From NCBI GenBank assembly GCA_043228905.1, contig JBHGNT010000020.1, positions 1,364,001 to 1,428,000 of the forward strand: a stretch of DNA of 64,000 nucleotides, written 5' to 3'. The position numbers and the translations under genes were made by a program. This DNA comes from Azolla caroliniana. Lineage: Eukaryota > Plantae > Polypodiophyta. Under the pieces are notes generated by a model. It made no database searches. It was not told the origin of the DNA and saw only the letters and a program-made list of their open reading frames with translations. The first letter of the stretch is position 1. Every line of letters starts with the position of its first letter. This document shows positions 24,080-36,684 of this stretch, piece after piece.

Positions 24080-27000
24080 ATGGAAGGCGGCGGTAGTGGG
24101 CCTCCGGGCATGATGGTGTTGAACTCACATAACTACGCCGACTGGAAGATAAAGATGGAAGACCTTCTCATCGTCCGAGACCTGTATGAACCGATCGACA
24201 ATGCGAGATACCCAAGGGGGTAATAGAGTCGGAGTGGAAGCTCCTGAACCGGAAAGCCGTAGCGACGATCCGGCAATATGTCGATGTAAGCGTTCTACAA
24301 CAATGTGGCGAATGACACCAACGCATATGAGATGTGGAAGAAGCTGTCGGGCCTCTACGAGAGGAAGAATGCGTTGAACCGGACCTCCCTGATGAGGAAG
24401 ATAGTGAACCTCAAGTACCGGGACGGCGAGAATATGGTTGAACACGTGAGCACGTTCATGGGATTCGTGAACCAGCTTGCGGCGATCAAGTTCCCGTTGG
24501 AGGATGCAATGCAAGCCATCATTCTGATGTGTACATTGCCGGAAAGCTGGGAGAACTTGGTGGTGACTCTCAGCACCTCCTGCACCGAAGATAACTTGTC
24601 TCTACAAACGGTAAAGACAAGCATTTTGAACGAAGAAGCGCGTCGGAGAGATAAAGAACCGGTTTCCGATCCGAAGATGCTGCTTACCGAATCGGATCGG
24701 GGAAGACAATGGAACCGGAGTCCGCAAAGACGGGGAGAAGTCGGGGACCCGGTCGCAGTCAAGAGGAAGGCCCACATGCTTCCACTGTGGGAAGCCGGGG
24801 CACTTCCGGAAGAATTGTCGGCATTACCGAAAAGACAACGGAGCCGACGACACCGATTCGAAGAAGTCACCGGAGCGAAACGGTGCATACCGGGGAGCCA
24901 CGGACCGGAGATGTCCGGATCGGCGAGGGCAGGACCGGAAAGGAACGACGGCACTCGCGGCAAGTGAAGAAGAGATAATGCTCATTACCGAAGAGAGGGA
25001 GCTGACCCTTGCCGGTGAAGAGATGACCTGGGTGGTCGATTCCAGAGCGTCGTTCCACCTGACCCCGGAGAAGAAATACTTCTCATCCTACACAGCCGGG
25101 GAGCACGACTGTGTCCGGATGGGAAATGAAAGTACATGCCGGATTGCCGGCATAGGAGATGTGTGGCTGATGACATCAACCGGATGCAAAATGCTGCTGA
25201 AGGATGTTCGACACGTTCCGGAGGTTCGATTGAACCTGATTTCGGCCGGGAGGCTAGACGATGAAGGCTACACGGTAGCATCTGGAACGGTGTCATGAAG
25301 TTCAGCAAAGGAGCCTGATAGTGGCTCGGGCCCGGAAGGTCAACACACTGTACCTGATGAATTCCCGGCTATGTCCGGAGGAGCTGAACGTGGCAGCTGA
25401 CACTGCCGGTGAGCTGTGGCACAAGAGACTGTGCCACATGAGCGAGAAGGGGTTGAAGAGGCTTGCCGAAGACAACCTGATACCAGTGAAGCATGTGCAC
25501 CTAGAGAAGTGTACCGACTGTCTGGCCGGTAAGCAAAACCGGACCTCCTTCCACTCAAGGCCACCGACGAGACGTAGCGCACCATTGAGTTGGTGCACAC
25601 TGACGTGTGTCAGGTAGAAACGAAGTCACATGGCGGAGCCCAGTACTTCGTAACATTCATAGATGACCATAGCCGGAAGCTGTGGACGGCACCGTTGAAG
25701 ACAAAGGACCAAGTAATATGTCCGTCTTCAAAGACTCCACGCGAGAGTGAAAAGGGGAATCCGACAGGGAGCTGAAAGCGATACGAGCGGATAACGGAGG
25801 AGAATACCGGGGCAGTTCGAGGAGTACTGTCGCTCGAAGGGAATCCGGCTCGAGTTTACTGTGCCGAAGACGCCGGAACTGAACGGGCTGCCGAGAGGAT
25901 GAACCGGACCATAAACAAATCACCCTCAGTACCTTTGGACGGAGACACGCCGCAGAGAGTGTGGACCGGTAGGGAAGTATCCTACCGGCATCTGAAGGTG
26001 TTCGGGTGTCTCGCATATGTGCATGTGGCAAAGGACCGGAGAGGAAAGCTAGATCCAAAGACCCGGCCATGCATATTCCTCGGTTACGGCGACGACGAGT
26101 TCGGCTACCGAGTATGGGACCCGGTCAACAAGAAGATATTCAGGAGTCGTGATATCATCTTCATGGAGGACAAGACACTCGCCGACTGGGAGTCGGAGAA
26201 GAAGATGAAGAGCTCCAAGTCGACCGGTGAGAATCAACTCTACGAGGAGCAGTCCCGACCGGCAAGGGACCGGTTAGCACTCGAGGATCCGGCCGAAGAC
26301 GGTGAAGAAATAGAACCGGCCGAAGAAGATGAAAATGATACCGGAACCGGCCCCGATCCCGAAATGGATTCGGATGACGAAGAATCGGAAGAACTGGTTA
26401 CCGAAGCTCCGGAACGGAGATATCCTCTAAGAGAGAGAAGGGCCCCCCGGAGATTTCCTGAACCAGAGCACGTGCTGCTAACCGACGAAGGGGAGCCGGA
26501 AAGCTTTGAAGAAGCGAAGCATGACACCCATAGCCGCAGGTGGTTAAGTGCCATGCAGGAGGAGATGGATTCCCTGCATGAGAACCACACATATGAACTT
26601 GTGGAGCTGCCGAAAGGAAAACCGGCACTCCGTAACAAGTGGGTGTTCAAGCTGAAACCGGGAGATGCCGGAAACCCCCCGAGATACAAAGCCAGGATCG
26701 TAGTGAAGGGGTTCCAGCAGAAGAAGGGCGTCGACTTCGACGAGATATTTGCCCCGGTAGTGAAGATGACCTCCATCCGGACGGTGCTGAGCATAGCGGC
26801 AAGCATGGACCTCGACGTAGAACAGATGGACGTGAAGACGACATTCCTTCACGGTGACCTCGAAGAAGAGATCTACATGCAGCAACCGGAAGGATTCGAG
26901 AAGAAAGGGAAGGAGCACCTGGTATGCCGGTTGAAGAAGAGCCTTTACGGACTGAAGCAGGCTCCCCGGCAATGGTACCGGAAGTTCGACTCCTTCATGA

Positions 27001-28064
27001 CCGACGAGGGGTACCACAAAACGCAGTCCGATCACTGCGTGTTTGTGAAGAAGTTCGAAGGAGGAGACTCTCTAATACTCCTCCTGTACGTGGACGACAT
27101 GTTGATCGTCGGACGGGACCAGGGCAAGATACGGATGCTGAAGAAAGCACTTCACCGAACCTTCTCAATGAAGGACCTGGGTCCGGCGAGGCAAATACTA
27201 GGGATGCACATCATCCGAGACTGGAAGAAGAAGCAGTTGTGGCTGTCACAGGAGAAGTACGTAACAAAGGTGCTTCACCGGTTCAACATGTCGGAAGCAA
27301 GACCGATCGGATCAACCCTCCCGGCAGACTGCAAGCTGTCCAGCAAACAAAGCCCCAAGACAAAGGCTGAGAAAGAGGACATGATGAAAGTACCATATGC
27401 CTCTGCCGTCGGAAGCTTGATGTACGCAATGGTGTGTACAAGACCGGACATAGGATATGCAGTCGGAGTGGTGAGTCGGTACATGAGCAATCCCGGCAAA
27501 GAACACTGGAACGCGGTCAAGTGGATACTGCGATACCTGAAGGGCACGGCAAACGTATGCCTCCGATTCGGCTCCGGTAAGCCCGAACTCCACGGCTTTA
27601 CCGATTCGGATATGTCGGCTGATGCAGATACCAGCCGGTCCACATCAGGGTATGTGATGAGGTATGCAGGGGGAGCTGTTTCGTGGCAGTCGAGGCTGCA
27701 GAAGACGGTTGCGTTGTCAACCACGGAGGCGGAGTACATGGCGGCTGTTGAAGCCGGCAAGGAAATGATATGGATGAGGGACTTCATTAGAGAGCTCGGT
27801 ATCCGGCAGGAGGAGTACCAACTCTACTGTGACAGTCAGAGTGCCATCCACCTTGCGAAGAACGCGGCCTATCACTCCCGGACGAAGCACATCCAGCGAA
27901 GATATCACTGGATCCGGGAAAGGATAGAAGACCAGGAGTTCGTGCTGACGAAGATCCACACGGATGAGAACGGCTCAGATATGCTGACCAAAGTGCTCAC
28001 ACCCGACAAGTTGGAAGCATGCCGGAAGAGGATCGGATTGGAGAGACATCCCATGCCGAAGTGA
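24080..28064 (+). pseudogene. Disrupted Gag-Pol of Copia B
   Basis: Several small indels at ~24200-25900 and an 87-bp integrase deletion; the RT/RH part (25899-28064) is open. Confidence 0.9.
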
Positions 28065-28405
28065 AGGGGGAGTTTGTTGGGATTTCGGTCCCTCCGGATG
28101 GGATGTCCCCGGAGATAAATGACGGCAAGCCCGGTTACGGAGCCGGATGATGAAGACCCCGGTTACGGAGCCGGATGATGAAGACCCCGGTTACGGAGCC
28201 GGATGCTGAAGACCCCGGTTACGGAGCCGGATGACGAATGTACCCGGAGAGAGATCCGGATGCGGGGACATATTTGTGAATATGTTTGCTAAGAGCCCTT
28301 GAGGCTATATTTGTAAATAGCCCGAAAGTCATATGTGTATAAATATGACTTAGGGCAAACAGTTTAAGTTGTTGCTCATTTTGAGAGAGAGAGAAAAGTG
28401 AGTAG

Positions 28406-28436
<31 letters not shown>

Positions 28437-29015
28437 GAAGAGGTCGTTGCCTCTGTGTACTGCCGCCGCCTGTGGCGAAGACAGTGAGCTCAAGGTTGTT
28501 GCCTTGTAGCTTCACCATTGTACATCTCTGTCTATAGTGATAGTTGGAGTCGGAGGACTCCCGTGGTTTTTCCCCAGTTAGGGTTTTCCACGTAAAACAT
28601 CCCGTGTACTCTTCTCTCTATTGTACTTCGTGCATTTTGTATTTCCTGTTTTCGGAAAGTTGATCCTATTCCTCGGTTGTGGCCGAGCACTGTTGTCCTA
28701 CATCTCTCACGGCTGCTCTCTCCCTTCACTCCTCTTGAGTGGAAAAACAGAAAAATGAGTAGCAACAATAAACTGTTTGCCCTAAGTCATATTTATACAC
28801 ATATGACTTTGGGGCTATTTACAACTATAGCCTCAAGGGCCCTTGGCAAACATATTCACAGATATGTCCCCGCATCCGGATCTCTCTCCAGGTACATTCG
28901 TCATCCGGCTCCGAAGCCGGGGTCTTCATCATCCGGTTCCGAAACCGCAACCGGGCTTGTCGGCATTCATCTCCGACATCCGACCATCCCATCCGAAGGG
29001 ACCGTAATCCCAACA

Positions 29016-30356
29016 ATTCTGTACATTGCCCGGAGTCACCGGTGCTTGGACTTGTGATGTCAAAGCCAATTGAGCCATTTCCCTTGTGACCCTGTCCAAG
29101 TCTTGTTCAAGGCTCCGGATTCTGGACCGGGCCGTCTCTAGATCTACGGTTGTGACGAGCAACCGTTCGTGGTGCGCTCTCTCCTCCGCCTCTATGTACT
29201 CGACCGCTCCGGCGATCTGCTCGCCTACCCACCGTAGCCACATGCTACTGGTGCCTTGCTGCTGTGCTGGTCGGGTCGGCTCGTTCACTGTGGAATTGTC
29301 TGGCCTGAGTGCCTGTATCTGCCGTTCTGGTTCTACTCCTTGGCCGCTGTGTGTGCTGGCTGGGCTCGCCGGCTGTTGAGTTCCGGTTCTCGCCATCTCC
29401 GGAGCCGTTGGAATGACTTCTTGTATAGAAGCCGACAAGGCCGGTTCTATACGGACCGGTTCCGGTTCCTCCCTTGTGGTTTCCTCAGGTTGAGTTGGGG
29501 GCGTTTCTTCCTTTTGCGGGTCCGAACGCTCCCCCGCTGTCCCGGCGGTCCTACTGCTTAACTGTCGTTGGATGTGCTCTACTGGCTCCTCCGTTTCCTC
29601 TTCCTGGGTAACGGCATGTATCTGTGCCGTCAAGGGTTCTGGTTCCTTCTGTCCCGGTCGCCGTATGGTTATCTTAACGGGTCGGACCGGTGACACCTCC
29701 TCCGGTTCCGGGAGCCGTTTCTTCCCTTTCGTCGCCTTCGACGCCAGCAGCTGCTGTCGTTTGGACACGGGCTTCGGGGTGCTTCCTTCCGATAATCTTG
29801 GCCGCTTCTTTGGCTGAACGGTCTCGACCGGCGGCGCGAGCAATGTTATCCACTGAGCTACGGCATGCCACAGCTTCCGGCCCTCCTTGCCGTCCTTTCC
29901 TCGTACCGTGTCGATTGCCGTGCACAAACCGTCTGCAATCAACACCGGCCAATCCACCTTGATCCCTTCATAGGTGGCTATGATCATCCCTGCCCGATTT
30001 TTTGGCATGACAGGGGGTCGGGGGTACACGTGGCCGTACTCATGGAGCACTCGAGCTATCTCCCTGAATAGCGGATCTTCGCCGCCCTGCGTTCGATAGC
30101 CTTTGCCGGCTAGAGAGTACTCACTGAAATATCGGATGAGTTGCTCCGAGGTTGGGTTATCGATCTGAAAAATACCTCCCTCCGGAAGGCCTGTTAGCGC
30201 ACGGATCGCTTCCTCGGTGATGACTTCTGTGTCGAGCCCCTTGATGACCCGGTCGGCTTCTTTGTGCGGTGGTGCCTCCATGATGGTCAAGAACCCATCC
30301 AGTCCGTGTTGCCTGAGCCATTTCCTGGCCGCTTCCGACAGCGTTTGTGGGTCCAT
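29016..30356 (-). CDS. N-terminal half of the Gypsy extra ORF (globular domain plus P/E-rich linker)
   Basis: ATG at 30356, 447 codons to the Copia A junction. Motifs ITEEAIRALTGLPEGG and GIKVDWPVLI resemble plant retrotransposon accessory-ORF domains. Confidence 0.8.
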
Positions 30357-30724
30357 GTCTGCTTCGAGGTCGAGGAAAGATGGCGAGGTAGAGTGGTGAT
30401 GAGAGTGAGAGAGAGAGAGAGAGAGAGTTCAGAACGTGGGGGTTCTCTGAGTGCAGGTTCGCGTCTGATAAGCTTCAACCGCCTTGGTGCTTCTGTGCTT
30501 CTTGGCTCGCGAAATGAAAAGGTCTCCATGCGTTCTGCTTTTTCTCTGTGCGTCTTGGCGCCTTTTTCGAGCGTGCGCACGTCGTGTACCAATTAGTATT
30601 AAGTCATGTGGCGGCTCTTAAATGCCCACTACGTACCTTTTCGCTCCTTGCTTTCACGTCCGTTCATACCTCGATTTTTAATGATTTCTTTTCTTCTTTT
30701 TTTTTTTAATGACGGTATGTGATC

Positions 30725-33700
30725 TTACACATCCGTAGGTCCCTTCGGACCCTTACCGTTTTCCTTACGGGTTGCCGTGTCTTCCTTCGCCTCTGCTACG
30801 GGTTCCCCGTCGTCTTTTTCTTCTATCCGTACCGTTCCCGGACAGGTTCCCGGTATAGTGCCGGTGGGCTGCATAAACGGGTTACTTGGCATCGGTCCTT
30901 TATAGGGCTTTAGTCTAAATCCGTTGACCCACTTGCCTAGCACTTCACCGGCAAGTGTCCCTAACTGATAGGACCCGTTGTATTCCCGTGTCAGCCAATA
31001 CGGGCCTGTCCATCTAAACCGGAGTTTACCCGGCATCTTGCCCATCCTCGTTTGGAATACTAGCACCGGCTTTCCGATTTCGAACATCTTTTCATTACCT
31101 TTCCGGTGACGGTCAACGAACGCTTTCCGTCGTCGTTGCTCCAGTTCCATGTGTAGGATGCTGGCAAGCCGTTGCTCCTCCAGTTCGCATAGTGCTGCTA
31201 GCCGCATTTCCTCCGACTCCTTTTCATTCAGCCGTTCCTGTAGTTGGATCCGTAAGCTTGGTACCTGAAATTCCACCGGCATGACCGCCTCTAAGCCGAA
31301 CACTAACCGGAACGGCGTTGTCCGGATACTTGTTTTGTATGCCGTTCGGTACGCCCATAGCGCGCTATGGAGCTTTGTATCCCAGTCCGTCCGGTTTTCA
31401 TTGACGATTTTGCGGAGAATGTTCTGGAGCGTTTTGTTGGTTGACTCTGCTAACCCGTTTGCTTGTGGGTAGTACGGTGTGCTCCGTTTATGGACCACGG
31501 CATAGAACGTTGTTAAGCTTTCAACTACCTGGCCGAGAAAGTGCCCCCCTTGGTCGCTGATTAATTCAATCGGACATCCATATCGGCACCAAATGTTCTC
31601 GTACAGGAATTTTGTTGTGGATGACGCGGTGTTGTCTCTCAAGGCCTTAGCCTCCACCCATTTAGTGCAATAATCTGTTGCCACGATGACATAACGATTA
31701 CCCGTTCTCATTGCCGGTGGCTTGAACGGTCCGACAAAATCCAACCCCCACTTCTGGAATGGCTCTAGTGGAAGTACCGGTTGGTGTGGCATCCGTGCTT
31801 GCTCCGTAGGCTGGCCCATTCGTTGGCATAGGTCACATTCCTTAGCATACTTGACGGCGTCTTTTAACGTCGTGGGCCACCATAAGCCGCTCTGCCATAC
31901 TTTCCTTGTCGTCGCTTCCCCGGCATAGTGTCCTCCGGCAACCCCATAGTGTGCTTCCCGTAAGATTACTTGTTTCTCGTCACTACGGACTGCCCGTCTC
32001 CATATTCCATCTGCTCCCTTGTGGTAGAGAGTGTCCCGTAACAGACAGAAATTGCGGCTCTGCACCGCCAGTCGTTTCCTCTCGTCTCGGTTCATTTCCT
32101 CCGGTGGCAGGCCCGTGCTTAGGAACTGGTGCATGTTTGTCAGCCACCTATCTTCTGATGCCACCGTGTCGTCCGCTGCCGTTTCCGGGGTGATACGGAA
32201 TAACTCTGCGTCCGGGAATTCATCCGATACTCCGTCGCCTGATTCTCCGGACTCTCACCGGCTCAGGTAGTCTGCTACGGCATGCTGGATACCGGGTCGG
32301 TGGGAGATCTCGAATTCGAACTCCTGCAACAGCAAGGTCCAATGGGCCAACTTACCGGTCAGGGACGCCTTGGACACTAAGTACATGAGCGCCGAGTGAT
32401 CCACATGAAAGGAGAACTTCCTTCCCAATAGGTAATGACGAAACTTTGTGACACTGTAGATCATGCCCAGGGCCTCCCGTTCCGTAGTTGAATAGTTCTT
32501 CTCCGCTTGGGACAGCTTCCGGCTAGCGTAATATACCGGTCGGTACCATTTGGGCTCCGTAAGTTGCATTAAGGCGCTGCCGATAGCGATGTCGGAAGCG
32601 TCAACGAACACATGAAATTCCTTGCTCCAATCCGGAGGCTGCACGACGGGTGCTTGCGACAAAAGTACCTTCAGGGCGTTGTATGCCTTATCCTCCGTAT
32701 CCGTCCATTGGAACGGTGTCCGATGTACCGCGGTGTGTAATGGTGTAGCCAAGTCAGCCAAGTGACGGAGCATCCGGCTGTGCCACCGGATCTGTCCTAA
32801 GAATCGGCTTAGTGCTTTGGCCGTTTTCGGCGCCGGTGCCCCTAGTATCGCGTTTACTTTGTTCGGGTCGACCGCAATGCCCTCCTTGCTTACAATGTGT
32901 CCCAGTAAGATTCCACTTGACACCCCAAAGATGCATTTCGCTGGGTTTAAGCTTAGCCGGTATAACCTACACTTTTCAAGGCATAACCGTAGGTGCTGCA
33001 AATGGTCTTTTTCCCGGCTATAGACTGCAAAGTCATCCAGGAAAACCTGCATGAAGGCTGGAATGTATTCACCGAAGATCTCCATGAAGATTCGTTGGAA
33101 AGTTGCTGGTGCCGTTTTTAGTCCGAACATCATTACTACGGCAACAAACACCCCCCATTCGGTGACGAACGCTGTCTTCTCCTGGTCGTCAGGGTGCATC
33201 CGGATTTGATTGTATCCGCTGAACCCGTCTAAAAAGCTATAAACTTCATGGCCGGCGACGGCATCCAGTACTCCATCCGTGAACGGAAGAGGGAATGCAT
33301 CCGTAATTGTGCCTGCATTTAGTTTCCTGTAATCTACACATACGCGGATTTTACCGTTCTTTTTTGGGACGACGACGATGGGGCTCAGCCACGTCGCTTT
33401 CTTTACCGGCTGGATGAAGCCCACTCTTAGGAGTTTGTCGATTTCCTCCTTCACTTTGGCGGCGTAGTTGGGGTTCATTCGGTAACGTCTTTGCGCCACT
33501 GGTTTCGCGTCCTTGCCTAAGTGGATCTGATGCTGATATAATTGAGGGTCCAGCCCTCGCATGTCTTCGTATGACCAGGCGAATACGTCGCGAAACTCCG
33601 TGAGAAGTTTGATCATCGCCGCTTTATCTTCCGGCTTCATCTCTTTGGCGATGTGTACCGGCTTTGATTCGTCCTTGCTTCCTAGGTTCACTTCGTCGAG

Positions 33701-34468
33701 CTGGGATGTTTTTACCCGTTGGGAAACGGCCATTTCCCGTTCCAACGCTTCCTGTGCTTGCCGTAATTCCCGAATCGAATCTTTGTCTGGTTCGGCTTCG
33801 GTTTCGTCCCGCTGCGGCAAGTATGGCGCTACGGCTTCAGCCACGTCAATCTCGAAGAGTGGTACGATCTTCGGGTGTTCCTCCAAGTACTGGGCTTCTT
33901 CGTCGTCTGCTAACCCTTCAAGCATGTTCACACATTCCGCATACAGCGGTGTGCATTCCTTACCGTTGCTCGTCCGTGGTTGTGTCGGTACCCGGACCTT
34001 GGCTTTTCCGCGCCGGAAGGTAATCATATTTTTCCGCCAATTTTGCTTGATGTGTGTTGTTTTCAACCATGGTCTGCCCAGCAACAGTGGGTACGCGCCT
34101 TGCGCCTGTAGCTGCAGCACGACAGCCGAGATGTGAAATGTGTGACCTCCTATGGTGACTTCCAATTTCCGTATTAAGCCCGTCGGCCGTACAGAGCTCG
34201 TATCCGCCATCCGTAGCCAGAACGGACATGGCTCCCATTCATGTATACCCAAGGCATCACACGTGTGGAGGCTTATTACGTTCACCCCGGAACCTCCATA
34301 GATTACTGTGCCGGGAAGTTCGTGCCCTTTGACAATAGCTGTAATCACCGGACTACTAGTGTCCACCACCGTCGGTCCCTCCTCCGGATTCGAGAAGAGG
34401 ACTGGTGCCAGTGGGGCTACACCGTTTGTCATGACCGTTTTTAGTCCTTCCGTAAATCGCGGCACGAG
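30725..34468 (-). pseudogene. Gypsy pol (PR, RT, RNase H, integrase) with frameshift at ~32255
   Basis: VIYGGSGVN (catalytic D replaced by Y), CVDYRKLN, LDGFSGYNQI, FLDD, VDASD, H-H-C-C, WGLDFVGP, ISDQG, AESTNK, WTGPY. Confidence 0.95.
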
Positions 34469-36631
34469 CTACAAGAGTCTTCCTAATGGCAACGTGATCT
34501 GACATTCTTGCAGTGCTTGCCATGTCTCATTTTCTGCGTGGCTACCGCCGGCACTCCCTATGGTATTTGCCTTTTGCCGTTCCGCGTCCGCGACGTTCCT
34601 TTCATTGGCTTCCTTCACCCATTCCGTCGCCTGTTTTTGTATGGCCTCTTGTGTTTCCCACTCTTTGGTCATGCCTTTCGACCGTGTGGTTACTTGCTGT
34701 AAATCCGCCACTTCCGGAACCACCATATTAACTGCTGGTCGTTTATCGTAGCTCTTTGTCGGGCACTGGTTACTGTAGTGGCCTTCCTGCCTGCAGTAGT
34801 AGTAGTACGCTTTACGGGTATTGCTGGATTCAGCATTGCTGGTAGCCGGAGTCGGTCCCGTAGTGAGTGGTGCATTCTGTGCCGGTTGGCTCCTTGGGGT
34901 TCCATGTTCCGGGTCCCTAGGGTGACCACCTTTCTTGAAATTACGTTTCTTATTATTCTTATTTTTATTTCGGTAGTCCTGTCGTGGTGGATCGTAAAAT
35001 CGGTCGTAGTCCTCCTGGTGCCTTCGGTAACCAGGGGAATGGTCTCTGTCGTATTGCTCGTGTCGTCTGTTGGACTCCCGATAACGGTCCGATCGCTCAT
35101 ACCGGTCGTAGTTATCATGCCGATCCCCGTACCGGCCATCATTCTCTTGTCTGTCTCCATACCGGACATCCTGTGCCGGTCGGTACCGGTTCATTCTTTG
35201 CCAACGATCTTCATCTTCGTCTCGGCTGCTTCTTGGCTCGATCCGTCGGACGGGTGGTGCTTGTCGGTTTAGCAGGTTACACTCGCACCGATCCGTTGTA
35301 TGACTCTTGGATTGACAAATCACACACTGGGTTCGCATGGTGCACTCCACTACCGAGTGTCCGGCATTCAAGCAGATTGTGCATTGAATTGCCTGCCGGA
35401 ACCGAAGATCTTCATCGGTGGGTAACGCTCGTTGCAGTGCTCCCAGTGTAAGCCATGAGCTTGACTTTTCCATTTCTCTGACCCGGTCAATGACCTGGTC
35501 AATGGTGCTTCCTCGAAAGTCGATCACCGTACACACCGTGCGTAACGGTTCCCGGAGTGCGTTTAAAAATATCGTCCGTAATTCCTCCTCCGGGGGTGCA
35601 CGGGCAAGCTGGCTATGCATTCGTTGGAAACGGATGACGAATTGGGGAATGCTTTCCCCTGCCTCCTGTCGGATCGTATAAAACAGGCCCACCATTATCG
35701 TCTGGTCGACCTCCTTGTGGAAAAAATGCAAGAATTTTGCTTTTAATTCTGCAAAGGTTGTGATGGTCGCCGGGTCCTGCGTCCGCCGCCATCGTGCCGC
35801 TGGTCCTTCCAACGTGACCCCGAATTCCGCTATCTTCGAGTGTTCTTCTTCCTCCGGTGTCAATCGCTGGGACGCGTGATTTGCTTCCCATGTCTGCTCG
35901 AAGGCATGAACATGCGCTTCCGCGTCCGGATCATCGCGATACTTTGAGTATTGGAACGGCATGTCGTCGTCCAGTATTAGGCCGCGGTTTAGTGGCGTTT
36001 GTTGATATCTTTCCGGTTTTCTCTCCGGTTCCACTTCCGGTTCTTTTTCCGGTTCTTCTTCCGGTTCCTTCACCGGCTCTTCTTCCGGTTCCTTCACCGG
36101 CTCTTCTTCTGGTTCCTTCACCGGCTCTTCTTCCGGTACCTTCGCCGGCTCTTTCGTTGGTGTCGGTGGCTTTGCTTCTTCCACTTCCGGTGTTGGTGGG
36201 TTGACGGCTTCCGTTTGCGGTTCCGGATAGCCCTGGTCGAACGGTTCCGGTTCTGGAGTCGGCACGGTATCCGACCCGTCGTCCTCCGGGCCGCCGGGGG
36301 TATCGTTGCTGCTCCGGTAGTTCGTGTGCACGCTGTATCCCCCTTCAAAATCCGATTCGTAGGCTGAAAAGGCTTCTGCCTCGTTTTCTCCGCTTGCCAG
36401 CGCCTCGAGGAGGCATTCGGTTTCCCGGAGACTACTTAGACTGCTTCCGTCGTCCTGGTCGCGAGTTTGCTGTAACCGAAGAGATTCCTCCGCGACTCTC
36501 CGGATCACGTTGGAGAACGAACGATCCGAGCGAATTTCGTGCGCTGCTTGCTGGAAAGTCTCACGCCGTCTTTGCCATTCGGCGAGGCGTCGAGCTCGGT
36601 CTGTAACCAGGTCGTGCGTTGGTCTAGTCAT
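34469..36631 (-). CDS. Gypsy Gag (720 aa), in frame with pol across one TAG
   Basis: Capsid-like LEGPAARW...IRQEAGESIPQFVIRF, two CCHC knuckles plus a decayed third, and a 24-bp KEPEEEPV repeat at ~36030-36150. Confidence 0.9.
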   Translation of the reverse strand: MTRPTHDLVTDRARRLAEWQRRRETFQQAAHEIRSDRSFSNVIRRVAEESLRLQQTRDQDDGSSLSSLRETECLLEALASGENEAEAFSAYESDFEGGYSVHTNYRSSNDTPGGPEDDGSDTVPTPEPEPFDQGYPEPQTEAVNPPTPEVEEAKPPTPTKEPAKVPEEEPVKEPEEEPVKEPEEEPVKEPEEEPEKEPEVEPERKPERYQQTPLNRGLILDDDMPFQYSKYRDDPDAEAHVHAFEQTWEANHASQRLTPEEEEHSKIAEFGVTLEGPAARWRRTQDPATITTFAELKAKFLHFFHKEVDQTIMVGLFYTIRQEAGESIPQFVIRFQRMHSQLARAPPEEELRTIFLNALREPLRTVCTVIDFRGSTIDQVIDRVREMEKSSSWLTLGALQRALPTDEDLRFRQAIQCTICLNAGHSVVECTMRTQCVICQSKSHTTDRCECNLLNRQAPPVRRIEPRSSRDEDEDRWQRMNRYRPAQDVRYGDRQENDGRYGDRHDNYDRYERSDRYRESNRRHEQYDRDHSPGYRRHQEDYDRFYDPPRQDYRNKNKNNKKRNFKKGGHPRDPEHGTPRSQPAQNAPLTTGPTPATSNAESSNTRKAYYYYCRQEGHYSNQCPTKSYDKRPAVNMVVPEVADLQQVTTRSKGMTKEWETQEAIQKQATEWVKEANERNVADAERQKANTIGSAGGSHAENETWQALQECQITLPLGRLL

Positions 36632-36668
36632 CCATTAAGCCGTCGTTCGCTGCGAGAAAGCAGGAATC

Positions 36669-36678
36669 GTGGTCGCCA
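36669..36678 (-). promoter_or_regulatory. Primer-binding site, tRNA-Arg(UCG)-like
   Basis: TGGCGACCAC, 6 nt downstream of the 5' LTR. Confidence 0.75.
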
Positions 36679-36684
36679 AAACTG

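Larger units (their letters stand above)
23423..28702 (+). mobile_element. Copia element B (sister of A), inserted in A's 5' LTR, TSD TCTCT, frameshifted
   Basis: LTRs 23423-24048 and 28075-28702 (1 substitution plus one GA unit). PBS 24052-24063; PPT before 28075; TCTCT at 23418-23422 and 28703-28707. Confidence 0.97.
18363..29015 (-). mobile_element. Copia element A (Tork/Tnt1-like), intact ORF, TSD ATTCT
   Basis: 3' LTR 18363-18989. 5' LTR is 23104-23422 plus 28708-29015 (2 substitutions seen). PBS TGGTATCAGAGC 23089-23100; PPT 18990-19000; ATTCT at 18358-18362 and 29016-29020. Confidence 0.97.

Noticed and set aside
19000-28064. Large inverted repeat formed by A and B as a special hairpin locus
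   Set aside because: Fully explained by opposite-orientation nesting with TSDs; no evidence of read-through transcription in the sequence.
34466-34471. In-frame TAG between Gypsy gag and pol as programmed readthrough
   Set aside because: A CAG-to-TAG decay is simpler, since this copy also has a mutated protease Asp and a frameshift; needs the family consensus.
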